A DNA stretch of 64,000 bases from Camelus ferus (taxonomy: Eukaryota): assembly GCF_009834535.1 (NCBI RefSeq), contig NC_045696.1, forward strand, positions 112,780,001 to 112,844,000, given 5' to 3'. Of this stretch, positions 1 to 11,262 are shown piece after piece. Position 1 is the first letter of the stretch. Every line of letters begins with the position of its first letter. The translations under genes were made by a program, and so were the position numbers. The notes under the pieces were generated by a model. It did not search any database. It had not been told where the DNA came from and saw nothing but the letters and a program-made list of their open reading frames with translations.

Positions 1-447
1 GCATTTTGAGAATCGCTGCTTCAGAGAGACATGTCTCTGCTCTGACAACTCTCAGGACTTCGTAATGCATTATTTATTAAAATGCCTGGATGACAGGGCT
101 TGAAAAATGCCAATATTATTTGAGTCTCAGCAGGAAAAAAAAAAAAAGGTTGACCAATGAGTTCCAAATGCCACCACTTCCAATGACCTGCTCAGGTGGC
201 CGTCACACTTTAAACAAACAGATGTAATTGTCACAGCTGTCTTTCCTCACAGACATGTTAAACTCTCCCCATTCATATTCTAACTCTTCTCAAGAGCGGA
301 AGGCAGGGTGAGTTGAGGCAGAATTTCTCCTCCCTCCATAATCTTTTAAGTCTATGATCCATAAACTCTCCTTCCATAAAACTCTTTAAAAACCTCTGTT
401 CATTCTGCATAGTTCCTAAGCACTGCCTTGAGCCTTCTCCCAATTAC

Positions 448-600
448 CTTTCTCCTTCCTAAGAGTGATCTGTAAGTCAAAGGTGCTCCGGGATCCAGTT
501 AGTGGGGAGGGCTGCCCTGGTCTCTTGGACAGGTACGTAAGCCCCAGTGTCCCCTCCAATGTAACCTCTTTTCCAAAGCAGTGACCCCTCTGGCACTTGG
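448..600 (-). pseudogene. Candidate exon remnant
   Basis: catgtag| ... AAG|gtaatt; phase-2 start fits exon 1005-1143; two in-frame stops. Confidence 0.3.
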
Positions 601-619
601 CTACATGTTAGGACAACAG

Positions 620-770
620 GAACTCTTTAAAGAACACTGATGCTTGACTCCCAGTTCTAGAAATTCTAGTTTGATCAGTCTGTCTGGACTTTGATGAGGA
701 TATCAGGAGTTTTTAAACATTTCCCAGGTGGTTCTAATGTGCAGCCAAACTGGAGGACCACTGGCCTAGA
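620..770 (+). mobile_element. MER5-like hAT-Charlie MITE remnant
   Basis: cccaggtggttctaatgtgcagccaaactggaggaccactg terminus. Confidence 0.65.
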
Positions 771-849
771 GGGAGACACACCTGCCAAGATGGCTCCCAC
801 ACCTCCTGTAAGCCAGACTCCCTCTGCCAGCCCACCTGCTTGGCTTTTT

Positions 850-865
850 GCTGCCCCCTGCTGGC
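850..865 (-). promoter_or_regulatory. CTCF motif
   Basis: Minus strand GCCAGCAGGGGGCAGC matches the CTCF core. Confidence 0.55.
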
Positions 866-1004
866 TTCTCTCAGCTTCACTGGCAACAGAACCTCTGGTT
901 TAAAAGTGGTTAGAAAAAGTAGGTTACAAGTATATAAGAAATTTGGTATACTCTAACTCTCCCTTTTCACTGCCCTTTTCGTTTTGTTTTATTTTGTTTT
1001 TTAC

Positions 1005-1143
1005 CTGAAACAGTATCTGGGTAGGAAATTTGACACCTCGTTTGTGAGGCTCAGAGAAAAGTACTGTGGAATAATGACGGTGCTGGAGTGATGTAATTTA
1101 AAAGTATTTCTCCCTTTACATCTGTGAATAATTGGGAGATTAT
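1005..1143 (-). pseudogene. Exon remnant, still open: NLPIIHRCKGRNTFKLHHSSTVIIPQYFSLSLTNEVSNFLPRYCF
   Basis: Long pyrimidine tract + gtgcag| acceptor, CAG|gtaaaa donor, 139 nt, stop-free frame. Confidence 0.6.
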
Positions 1144-1579
1144 CTGCACCAAAGGGGAAGAGGAGGAAGGGAGAGTGAACTAGGTAAAGATTAACTGTGT
1201 AGTAATGAATGGAAACTAAATGTTTAGTGATAAGCAAACTGTAGACCTAGCAATAGAAATATGATATTGTCCATATGAAACATATGTTATAAATCAATGC
1301 TACCTCAATTAAAAAATAAATAAAAATTTAAAAAAGGAAGACTACTTAAAATATACATGTATATTTGAGAGTTTTCTTTTCTCTGCTTGTAACACTAATG
1401 CTATATTTTATTACAATAATAACAGTGACATTTGTTGACTTTTTTTAGTTTTTAACTTCGTGTCAACCAGGTGTGGGAGGTTTACCTCCCATATTACAAC
1501 AGCCTTTTATGCCTGTCTTAAAGATAAGAGAGATGTCTCAGAAGAATTAAGTGACTGGCCCAAGAAAACACACTGACTT

Positions 1580-1985
1580 TAAGAGGCTGAATTGTGTCTC
1601 CTAAAAATTCATATGTTGAAGTCCTAACCCCCAGTAACTCAGAATGTTACTGTTGCATTTTGAGATAGGGTCTTTAATGAAGTAATTAAATTAAAGTGAG
1701 GTCATTAGAGTGGGTCCTAATCCATCTGACCGGTACCGTTGTCAAAAGGGAGAATCTGAACACAGACGCACCCAGAGGGCAGGGGGTGTGAACACACAGG
1801 TGGAGGATGGCTGTCTACAGACCAAGGAGAAAGGCCTGGAGCAGAACCTACCCATGGAGCCCTCAGAAAGAACCAGTCCTGTTGCCACCTTGATCTCAGA
1901 GTCCCAGCCTCCAGGACTGTGAGAACTAAATGTCCACTGTTTGAAGCCCTCAGCCAGTGGGACTTCATCACAGCAGCAAGCATAA
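1580..1985 (+). mobile_element. MaLR LTR (MLT1B/C-like)
   Basis: ctgaattgtgtc...aattcatatgttgaagtcctaacccccagt...ccagcctccaggactgtgagaac. Confidence 0.8.
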
Positions 1986-2282
1986 GGTGCCAGAGCCAGG
2001 ATTCAGACTCAGGCCTAACTAACTTCAGGTTTTCGCTAACTTGGCCACACCACAACCTTAATCCTTGAAACTATAAACTATTATAAGCTAGCACCATGGA
2101 TGAGCATAAAGTATTGTGTCCTTGTTTTCAGTTTTTATAAAATTACTTTCTACACCTCAAGAACCAAAGAAGTCTTTGGCTTGGCTGGAATTACCTTTAT
2201 AGAGTGTGTACTTCACGATCTACCTATCTATACACATTTTAAATGCTGGCTTTTCTCTCTGACTGAACCACACGATTTCCCT

Positions 2283-2424
2283 TTTTTTTTTGTTTTTGCT
2301 TTCTGGGGAAAGGTAATTAGGTTGATTTATTGATTTATTACTATTGTATTTAATGGAGACACTGGGATTGAACCCAGGACCTCGTGCATGCTAAGCACAT
2401 GCTCTACCACTGACCCACTCCCCC
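2283..2424 (-). mobile_element. Camelid tRNA-derived SINE (vic-1 type)
   Basis: B box (gggattgaacccagg on plus), A-rich tail, TSD cacgatttccctttt at 2271 and 2425. Confidence 0.9.
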
Positions 2425-3555
2425 CACGATTTCCCTTTTAATCCTTGAACTTCTGTATCCCTCAGGTTCAATTCAATCTAAAATTGTTTTCATTTGTCTT
2501 GCTAAGGTCATAAACACAACCCATTTCCACCTCTATTATCTGATTTGCCTGCCCTGGTTACATTTTCAATAGTTCCTTTCTATTCATGAGAATTCTGAAA
2601 ATCCACATCTTTTTCACATTAAAAAACAGATAAGCATGCTCTGCTTAACTCTTCTTCAATAAACAACTGGATAATTCAAATTGCCCGTGTTTGCCAAGCT
2701 CTGTGATGAGCTAACGATCTCCCAAGGAGCTCAGAAAAGGATTCGTCTGTTTTTTGCTAATTTGGAAACTTGTCTTCCTTTTTTTGTATAAAAAGCTCCT
2801 TGCTGATTTCTACTGCAAGGTCTCAGCAAAACTCCTACCCGCCCTTTGATCCTTTTTTATCTTTGTGCATGAAATAACCACAGGTTTTTGGACCCCACTT
2901 CCTTCTACTTATCCCCTCTTTAGTTCACTCAATTGTTTTTTAAAAATTTTATGTTAATGCCTCCTTGGTATTTTGAGGCCAGCAGGCAGCGTTTACGGAT
3001 CATATTCCTTTTGCAAGACCAGGATGAAAACACCACAAACATTTCCCAGGCCTCCACAGCCCACCTGAGGTTTCCGATGACTCAGACCAGTGAGACAGTC
3101 TCTGTGAATCATGGAGCCGGGCGGCCACAGGGCTAACCTCACTCCCCCACCGCTGAGGATAAACAGCTGTATACAGATGTTGCTTTAATGCAGCCAAACA
3201 GGCCTTTCTGGAGGCTTTGGAGTGAGCTGGGTCCTGGGTTCCTTTGGAGCGTAGCCTGCATCCCACACGCGTGTGGTTCAGAACACCCGATCCTCAGGGC
3301 TGGGGCTCAAATGCTCTGTGGTGCCCTCGGCACACAACGCAGGCTTCTAAGTTGGAAGAATCAGAAAGCGAGTCTGGATGACGTGAACAGAAAGGCATCT
3401 ATTGAAAAGATATTAGGTAGCTTCCAGAATTATCATAAAAGCCAGGGGACTGAGCTCAGAAAACAGCGGGAAACACGAGCAGGCTCCCAGCGGCCACGCC
3501 ACACCTTGGCGCAGACCCAGTCTGGAAGGACTCAAGCTTTCACTTCTACTCGGAC

Positions 3556-4015
3556 TGTAGCCGGGCAGGACCCTGTGGCCTTCCAGGGTCAGACCCCTCC
3601 CCGCTAACCTCTCCTCTAGCTCCTCTCTGATAACGGTGTCTCATGCATACTTCTTGACTTGTTCAGATGCTTAAAACCACCACCAAAGGGAAGAAATTAA
3701 CTACCTGATGATCCAGAACCCATGGCCCCCAGACCCGGCACCTAGGGACTGACAGTGTTGACCGCCCTGTTCCCTCAGCATAAACCAATCAGGGAATTGT
3801 GCACAAGCTGATCTTGTACCTGTGACCCCCGCCCCGACGTGGCCGTTAAATAAGCTTTGCTCAGACCCTTCGAGGAGTTCAGAGTTTTCTTGGGCATAAG
3901 TCACCCCATCCTCTTTGCTCAGCCCTGCAGTAAAGCTTTCTCTGCTCCAAACTCTGATGACTCAGTTTGTTTGGCCTCAAGGTGCGTTGGGCACACGGAC
4001 TTGCCTTGGGCAGCA
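3556..4015 (+). mobile_element. ERV1-class solo LTR
   Basis: TG...CA ends, perfect 4-bp TSD ggac, CCAAT at ~3785, TATA-like at ~3846, AGTAAA at ~3929. Confidence 0.85.
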
Positions 4016-4447
4016 GGACCTGAATGCTGTGGCGGCTTCTGGATGCTGCTCCCTTGCAAAATTTCTTCTTCACTGATGGTAACTGCTCTACCTCTCTACC
4101 GCCGGACTCAGATCCAGCCCGAGTGAGGGTGACGGGCCACGCCTACGTTGAGTGCCTGCTTCTCGGCTGCCAAGACTGCTGGACAACAGAGCACCAATCC
4201 TTTAAAAATTCTAACTAGAAATAGACCCTGCCTCCTATCAGGACTCACAAAAGGGGACTTGCCAAACGTAGAAGGAGGGGGTGGGGTGCTGAGTAGCCAG
4301 CAGAAACACAGATGACCTGCACACCTCACTCCTTCAGCTGCTCGATGCCACACCTCCCAAACCCAGCCCTGAGATGCCTCCTGGATGGTGTCATGCATTT
4401 ATTCCCTCGTTTCTAAAAGCCTCATCCCCTTTAAGGAGAAAACTTAC

Positions 4448-4568
4448 AGTCTCATGGATCCCTGCATCCAGGTCTAGTTGGGGGTCCCTCGAAGATGTCA
4501 GTCCTCCCAGCTCTGTCACGATTCCGCCTTCTGGACTCGACCGGACGGTTCACCATTTCTAACACATG
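4448..4568 (-). pseudogene. Exon remnant (HVLEMVNRPVESRR...GCRDP*D)
   Basis: atgtag| acceptor, strong ACT|gtaagt donor, one in-frame TGA. Confidence 0.45.
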
Positions 4569-4923
4569 CTACATAACACCACAGCATACAGGAAAAGGAA
4601 AGAGAAGTGAGTTAGTAAGTTATATAAATTTTCAAGTTGGCATAAATATCAGCAAATCATGAAAGGAAGGAAGTATGATTGGAAACTACAGGGTCACAGG
4701 ACTCGTCTTTACAGCTAGCCCCTTGGCAACAGTTGATATTTGTGGCTTCTTTCTCTGGGGCCTCACTCCCAGTTATTTTGACCTCCGCTGCTCCGGGCTC
4801 TTTAGCTGGTGAGTGCCAACTGGTGCCTGCCATGGCCCTGCGACCGCGATTCCTGGGCTCTCAGATGTCCACCTGCAATCCCTCAAAAAAGCAAAGTGCA
4901 CCCTTCCCTAACGTGCCTGCCTT

Positions 4924-5340
4924 CGCAGAGTTAACAGCCCTGGGAAATGGCCAGCCTCACCCTAGCTCAGGCTGACTTGTCCCGGCCCAGGTCTCCTATT
5001 GGAGTCATAAATTCCACTGCCTTGTTCGTGTCAAGTTCACGTCTCCATCTTACTGGAGTCATAAATCCACTCTCCTCCCTTATACCACCACCCCTTACCT
5101 CACGTATAGCCAATCAGAAATCTGTTCCCTCATCCCTTTGTGCTCACAGCCCCTTCCTCAGTAAAAGAACCCGGACGTTCACATTCGGCAGACACACAGG
5201 CACCTGTCGCCTGTGCAGCCCGCTGTTGCCTGTAGCAGCGAAACTATTAAACTTTCCTTTGTTCTTAAACTTTCCCTTGCCTTTGGTAAATTCTTTTTAC
5301 CAACCCGCATCACTGGCCCGCCACCAAGTGTCCCCTAACA
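4924..5340 (+). mobile_element. ERV LTR followed by PBS-like TGGCG
   Basis: ccaatc, ATTAAA, ggtaaattctttttacc U5 motif, ends ...taaca then cctggcgaga; 5' end approximate. Confidence 0.6.
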
Positions 5341-5917
5341 CCTGGCGAGATGGCTGACCTCCATCTCTGAGGGGTCTGACCACCACAGGAGCACCCCGAG
5401 GACTGCGGTCCCTCCTCCAGCCCCCGCTGTACGAGAGCAGCCTTATTTCTCCTTGATCCTGAGTATCAATTCCCAAAGCCAACATTGTAACGAACTTGAT
5501 CTGTTCACAGAAGCCCCAAATAGCCGGGTGACAGTCTCAGATTACAACCCAACGGAGGCATTTGGTGTAGAAGCTTTCATTTCTAAAGTGCTAAAGCATC
5601 GAAACCAGCAACAGATCCTAGAGTGACAGCAAAGGAGAGCACAGTTTTTCCGAATTGATTCACTAGGAAAAATCGTGCTGAGCCTACCTCCCTTTCACAA
5701 CCTGGTTCTTGAGCCCACGGGTAGGCTGTGAACAAACCCTTCACCCTACGTGCTCACACATACACATCTCATGAGACAGCACCCAAATCCCACCATGTGG
5801 GGTCTCCCAGCTGGTGGCAGGACAGTTCCCCACAAACCCTGCCATCATCCTGTTAAGGGCACATTTTCTATGCTGGGAAACTAAGCGTATGCTCAGACTA
5901 GTGAATCCTACACGCAC

Positions 5918-6177
5918 CAGCTCTTTGCTATCCTTCTCTCGCTATACGTCAATTCCTCATTGGAATATCACAAAATATCATGTGGGGGTGTGGCACTCAG
6001 GACAGTGGTGCTGGAGGCATGGCTGGAGAAAAGGCGACTCTACGTCCACAACAAGACTCCGATTCACTCCATGACACAGGGGACTCGCGAGTCGACGCTA
6101 CAGCACGTGAAGCCTACAGTGAAAGGGCCGAGGCAACTTCTGGGCAAGGCATTCTTGAATCTGTGGAAGTAACAAAC
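5918..6177 (-). pseudogene. Exon remnant, CpG-rich, stops in all frames
   Basis: ttgtttctttctag| acceptor, CTG|gtgcgt candidate donor; original frame uncertain. Confidence 0.45.
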
Positions 6178-6748
6178 CTAGAAAGAAACAAGGTATAGGT
6201 GCAGACAGAAGGTGAGCAGTGTCCCAGAGTTGTGAGTGCCTGGAATGTGCTTGAAATGAATGTACTTTTTCTCCTCTTATTTCCCCCAGAGTGGGATTTA
6301 GAAACATGTAACTGATTTGTTCACTTATCCATTCAAAGCATGAGAAGGGATAACAAATCATGTATCAAATAAACCATTGTATATGTAAGGAGGAGCTCCC
6401 TGAAGGTTTTAGACAGGAGAGAAAAATCTGTGGGCAGTCAGCACATAGTTGGTAACTGAGTTGGAGAATGTGAAAGAGAGGGTTTAGGGAGACATAGATG
6501 TGAGCAAAGGTGTAGTCCTAAAGACTGAGGAAATCCAACAGTTAGTGAGATAAATAGACCTCTGCTATCTTCCCTTATCCCCAGGGGAATAATCTAAATT
6601 AAATGATGAAACCTCACTTGTAAACATGGAAAATATAATGCATTATGGGATAAAAAAAATGGCACAAATATAATGACCGATGTAGGAATGTAGCAGGGAG
6701 AATAATCAATTTTAAAATAAACCTGAGTGTCTCCAGACATCAGTCCAC

Positions 6749-6846
6749 CTTGATTTATTTAGAGAAAATTTTTGCTGCAGTGGGATAGTTTATCATTTTA
6801 CAATACTTAATAGAAATGATGTGTAAGGCTTTCTAACCACATTTTT
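6749..6846 (-). pseudogene. Exon remnant (FY*VL*NDKLSHCSKNFL)
   Basis: ctttctgcttacag| acceptor, AAG|gtggac donor; resembles RGS VL.N....F..FL. Confidence 0.4.
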
Positions 6847-7619
6847 CTGTAAGCAGAAAGGTGATGATGCAAAGATGGGCTTGAAGAAGAGGAGAGAGTC
6901 ATCCTTTGAGCCTGGAGGAAAGAAGGAAAGGTAAGTGTGCAGAGAAAAATGTGTAGCACCCGGGCGCGGAGGAGGGGGGCCACACGTGGTGACTGTGGTG
7001 GGTGGCAAGGCCTGACTGATGCACAAGACAGGTGTTGGTTGATTTAGGGGTTTAAGAGAAATGAAGCAATTTTCTCTTTTGATAATTAAGGGAAATGGGA
7101 CAAACAGCTGGCAGAGAATAAACAAGGAGACACATAGGTGACAGTGAAGTTTCAGTTCAGCAGTGGCCATGCATTTTTAAACAGGGTTGCTTTATTACCA
7201 ATTTAAGATAAAACTGCCTTTATAACACTAGTACTATCTTGAATTTACAGTAATTGACACCCAAACCATCAGCTATTTAATTTTTTTTTAAAGAAACTGA
7301 GAATTGGGTGTCTAGCACACAACATTTAAGGATAGCCAAAATTTTACTTCAGAGCGGGTTGTTTTGATGGTGTCGAAACTCCTCATTTTTTTTCCCCACT
7401 GAACTAAAGCAATGAAAGAGCTATTTCATGAATCCTCTGAGTCACAGAGAGCCAGGAAGAAAACCCAGAAAGGCTGAGATCCGAGGTAGGATTGCCTACA
7501 ATTGTGTATCCCCCTTGTCTCTCTCGTCCTCACCTCCCACTCGGCCGTGGAATTTCTCCAGGGGCCTCCCGGCTCCTCAGGGCCCACCCACCACCACACT
7601 TCCCGCTCCAGACCACGGC

Positions 7620-8670
7620 TAAGCCGCAAAGCACAGGGTTTTAATCCAGTTACAGGCGGCCAGTCTGCAGGGCCTGCAGGACGGTAAGCAACACGCCTGA
7701 AGGGGGCGGCTTCCCGTTTTCAAGGAAAGCTGACCAAAGTGGATGGTGTTAGAGTCTGTTCGTGCTTTTTGCTCCCAAAATGAAGTCAAGGCTAGAATTA
7801 AGTAATGACGTGTCTGATGTGATGGACGGATGAGTAAAAGACTTAGTCTCATTCTGCATGGCAGGAATTTTCTAAGGCAGCCTAAACTTCCTCCTGTGGA
7901 CCTAAGTACTAGCTCCTCCTGGAACTTGATTTCCTTTTTCTAAAGAAATGTTAATGGTTCCGGGAAACAGAGGACTGTTTTTCAGAATGCCAACGCTGCC
8001 CATTTTTGTAAAATGCACATTAGGCAAATAGTTCATGGATAAACCCATTTTTTTTCTGAGTCACTTGAGTGCTATTTTGAGAATGTTAAATAAAAACTCC
8101 ACTTTCCAGATGCGCATTTCTCCAAGGAGCTCTAGAGGAAACTGTTGAATTGTATCAGTGCACGTTCTTCTGGCCAGTCTCTCCATTAGTGAAATCAACT
8201 TGAAAACCAGTGAAATATTTCAATGAGATAGGAGAATTTTAATGTCGCCTAATGAAACTACTTTCTCAATTCATTTATTTGCTTTTTCCCAAGGGCATCC
8301 AACCAAACAGGCTTTCAAAAAATTTTAATACGTTGTCTTTCTTTTATTAAATCTACTCAGAGACATTAGCTAAAAGCATTTTGGAAGAGAAGTCCAGCTC
8401 TACCTTTTAAATCCCACTGGGCAGCCTGACTAAATCCACTGTTTGGGGCTCATCAAAAAATGGCAGCCTGATTAAGATGCTCAGGGACTCACTGGGGAAG
8501 TGGCGTATTATGTGTATATGTCTTCAGTACTGCTTTGTGCTTGGTGAAGGTTTACACTCTTGGTTTTCTCCCTTTCTTTGAATTGGTAAGTATTTCTATC
8601 CCATCTGTCACCCTTAACAAACTGCCACTGTTCTTTTAAATTTTGTAAAGAGACCACCTCAGATCTGCCC
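7620..8670 (-). pseudogene. Large exon remnant with RGS-like motifs
   Basis: LIRLPFFDEPQ (~8445-8477); stop-free 7622-7939 gives IKFQEELVLRSTGGSLGCLRKFL...LALTSFWEQ; boundaries uncertain. Confidence 0.45.
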
Positions 8671-8754
8671 ATTGCAGATTATTTAATTCTTAATTATTTA
8701 AATATTATTATTACACGTTTATTGTTTGTTTTACAATCTCATTGCCATTTAGAA

Positions 8755-8950
8755 AAGAGTGTGTAAACAACAAGGACCTGCTGTGTAGCACAGGGAACTA
8801 TATTTAGCATCCTGTAATAACCTACAATGGAAAAGAATGAAAAAAAGAGTGTATGTAGGCATATAACCGAATCACTTTGCTGTACACCTGAAACTAACAC
8901 GGAATGGTAAACCAATTATCTGTCAGTTTTAAAAAAAGAAAATAGAAAAG
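8755..8950 (+). mobile_element. L1 3' end (artiodactyl-type)
   Basis: aacaacaaggacctgctgtgtagcacagggaactata...tacacctgaaactaacac + A tail. Confidence 0.85.
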
Positions 8951-9949
8951 AACATGCAATAATTGTGAATAAAGGTTTAAAATAGTAAGCTATTAATGCA
9001 ATTCCTATATTCTGTTCCTTCATATCTTTCAACTGTGTCTGTTTTAGTCTTTCCGCACTGTCGTAACCATCGCTCTCGCAGGCGGCCCCCTGAATTCTAG
9101 ATTACTAACACTGCCACTACAGGGACCCTGTAAGGTGCCCTCCCCAGACTCCCTGGAATCCTTCTCCCCATGTTGTGTGCCCGCCCCCAGAGTCTGCGTA
9201 CCTCCTCCCACCTGCGCCAGGAGCTGTCTTCAGAGCACTGCCCCGGCCTGCTGGAGTTGCGTCACCTACAGATGGGGACAGCTGGCCGTGTCTGGGGTTC
9301 ACAGGTCCCAGGGTAGGCCCCACAGCTGGCAACTGGCTGGCGGGAGCCTGAGGGCCCAGCCGCCTTGCTTTGAAGACAGTTTACTCTCAAGGCTCCCACT
9401 GACGTCAGGCCACACCCGGGACCCCGCCTGAGATAGCACCCTCTGGAGACCTCCTCCACCTCCTGTCGTGTTTTCCCCATGTCCTGACGGGTCCTGTCAG
9501 GTAGCACTGCCTTCACCGATCATTGGTACAAAACCCTCACCTTCCAGCCAGATTCCAGGGCCAGACCTCGGACAGTCCCCAGAGGGTTCATTCTCTTGCC
9601 TGGCCTTCACGTCCTCATGTCCCCCCAGGACAAAAACGTCCCTTCAGAAATGCAGTCTGTTCACCACACTGCTCTGCTTCGAGCCTTTCAGGAATGTGCC
9701 ACTGTCCTCCGGGACACCCTGACACCTCAGCCTGGGGCTCGAGCTCCTTTATGACCTTCACCTACGAAAAGAACACTTGTCTCCCATTTCCTCCCACACC
9801 TGAGTCCCCTTGGACTTTCCCAGTTCCTGGAGTACTTGTTCTCCAAGTCCTCCCACCTCTGGGCCTTCCCCAGGCTGACCCTCTGCCTGAGTCAGTCCTA
9901 CCCTCTCCCCGCCTCTCCACTCCCCTCCCCAGCCTGTCCCTGCCCTCCT

Positions 9950-10125
9950 CAGACCAGGACTGCGCTCCTCGACCTCAGAGCGCTGAGCACACCTTTCGCC
10001 CATATCTGCCCCACTGTCGGAGTCCCTTGCGAGACTGTGAGCTCTGGGTAGGGGGCTGGCCATGGCTGCACCTTCACAACACATGGCATGGAGCTGGTGC
10101 TTTGTGAGAATTTGTTGAATGTGTG
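9950..10125 (+). mobile_element. L2 3' end remnant
   Basis: agactgtgagctc...atttgttgaatg. Confidence 0.55.
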
Positions 10126-10457
10126 ACTGCAGTGACAGATTAAAAGGCAGGTCGCCTTGGCGTTTCTGTGGAGAGTCAATCTGTCCCGGATGCTCAAAAC
10201 ATAACAAGACGAGGGGGATCTCATTTATCAGAATCCCCAGGGAGAACACTATGTGACTGGAAGAAATACTTGGGTGAGTGGCTTTGGTGAGTACTGAGAT
10301 CTTGAAGTGTCAGACTCAGTGAACAATGGCTGAGCCCAAAGGGCCTCCTTCTCGGCAGTGTGCCCTGTGAAAGGCAGGGCTTTTCTTTTGCTAAGTTGAG
10401 AGTACAAGTTTTTGGCCAAAGCTGAAAGGCTGGGCCAATAGACAATGTGAAGAAACA

Positions 10458-10471
10458 GCCACTAGGGGGCT
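10458..10471 (+). promoter_or_regulatory. CTCF motif
   Basis: GCCACTAGGGGGCT matches the CTCF core. Confidence 0.55.
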
Positions 10472-10750
10472 TTTTTCTGCCCCTTTGAATGAAATGGGGG
10501 ATAAAAAAAGGAAAAAAAAAACAACAAAAAAACCAAAAAACTTTTCATGCAAGTTAAACAAATAATGAGCATTAATTTGCTAACGAAATATCAAAATCAT
10601 TAGACTGTGCAAGGATCCCACATAGCTTTTAGATCCAGATGAACAAGTATATTTTTTTTCCTAAAATAAAACAGAAAATCTTTTTCTGTAAGAAACTCTA
10701 GTCCTCATTGTAATTCAGGTCCTCATTCTCTTTTCTGTTTTTGGTGTCAC

Positions 10751-10938
10751 CATCAGAACGATGCCCAATGATGACAAGACAATGGCAGAATCTTCAAAGA
10801 ATTTTTTTTTTGTCAGGGAGCAAATGTGAAAGAGATAATCCAATAATAATTCTGAAGGTGGGAACCATCGCTTGTTTGCTTGGAGAACTGGCTGGGAGAG
10901 AAGATGGTGGAGACTTCCTATGAGGGCAGCTTCACAAA
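10751..10938 (-). pseudogene. Exon remnant (CEAALIGSLHHLLSQP.../HLQNYYWIISF)
   Basis: gtttgtttatcag| acceptor; phase 1 fits the upstream donor at 11263; donor position tentative. Confidence 0.45.
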
Positions 10939-11262
10939 CTGATAAACAAACCCATTTCCCACTCAATTACTTTAATTCACTCCTGACAACCTTGCCATTA
11001 AATGAAGAGCTGTTAAATTTTAATAGGAGAAAAGCACAATATGTTCCATTGCAACCCAAGATAACCCAGTAATTTTATAGATTGTAAAATATAAAAATTA
11101 AAAAATGAAAACAAGTCAATGTAGGTAAAAAAAAAAAAACTTGAAGTAAGACATCTTGAAGAAAAAGAGTGATATGATGTAAGTTTGTTGCACTCTTTCG
11201 TTTTCTAAGAACACGTTCATTTTTTAAAAACTTTTGCTTGTTCAAAATGATCTTGCACTTAC

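Noticed and set aside
2930..3132. Further candidate exons here and at 15970-16058, 16451-16720, 31890-32035 and 56880-57250
   Set aside because: Protein-like reading but frame or splice sites too ambiguous to list as features; worth rechecking by alignment
9523..10107. 194-aa plus-strand ORF, the longest in the track
   Set aside because: Pro/Ser/Leu-rich product of GC-rich sequence overlapping an L2 remnant, open in several frames, no domain
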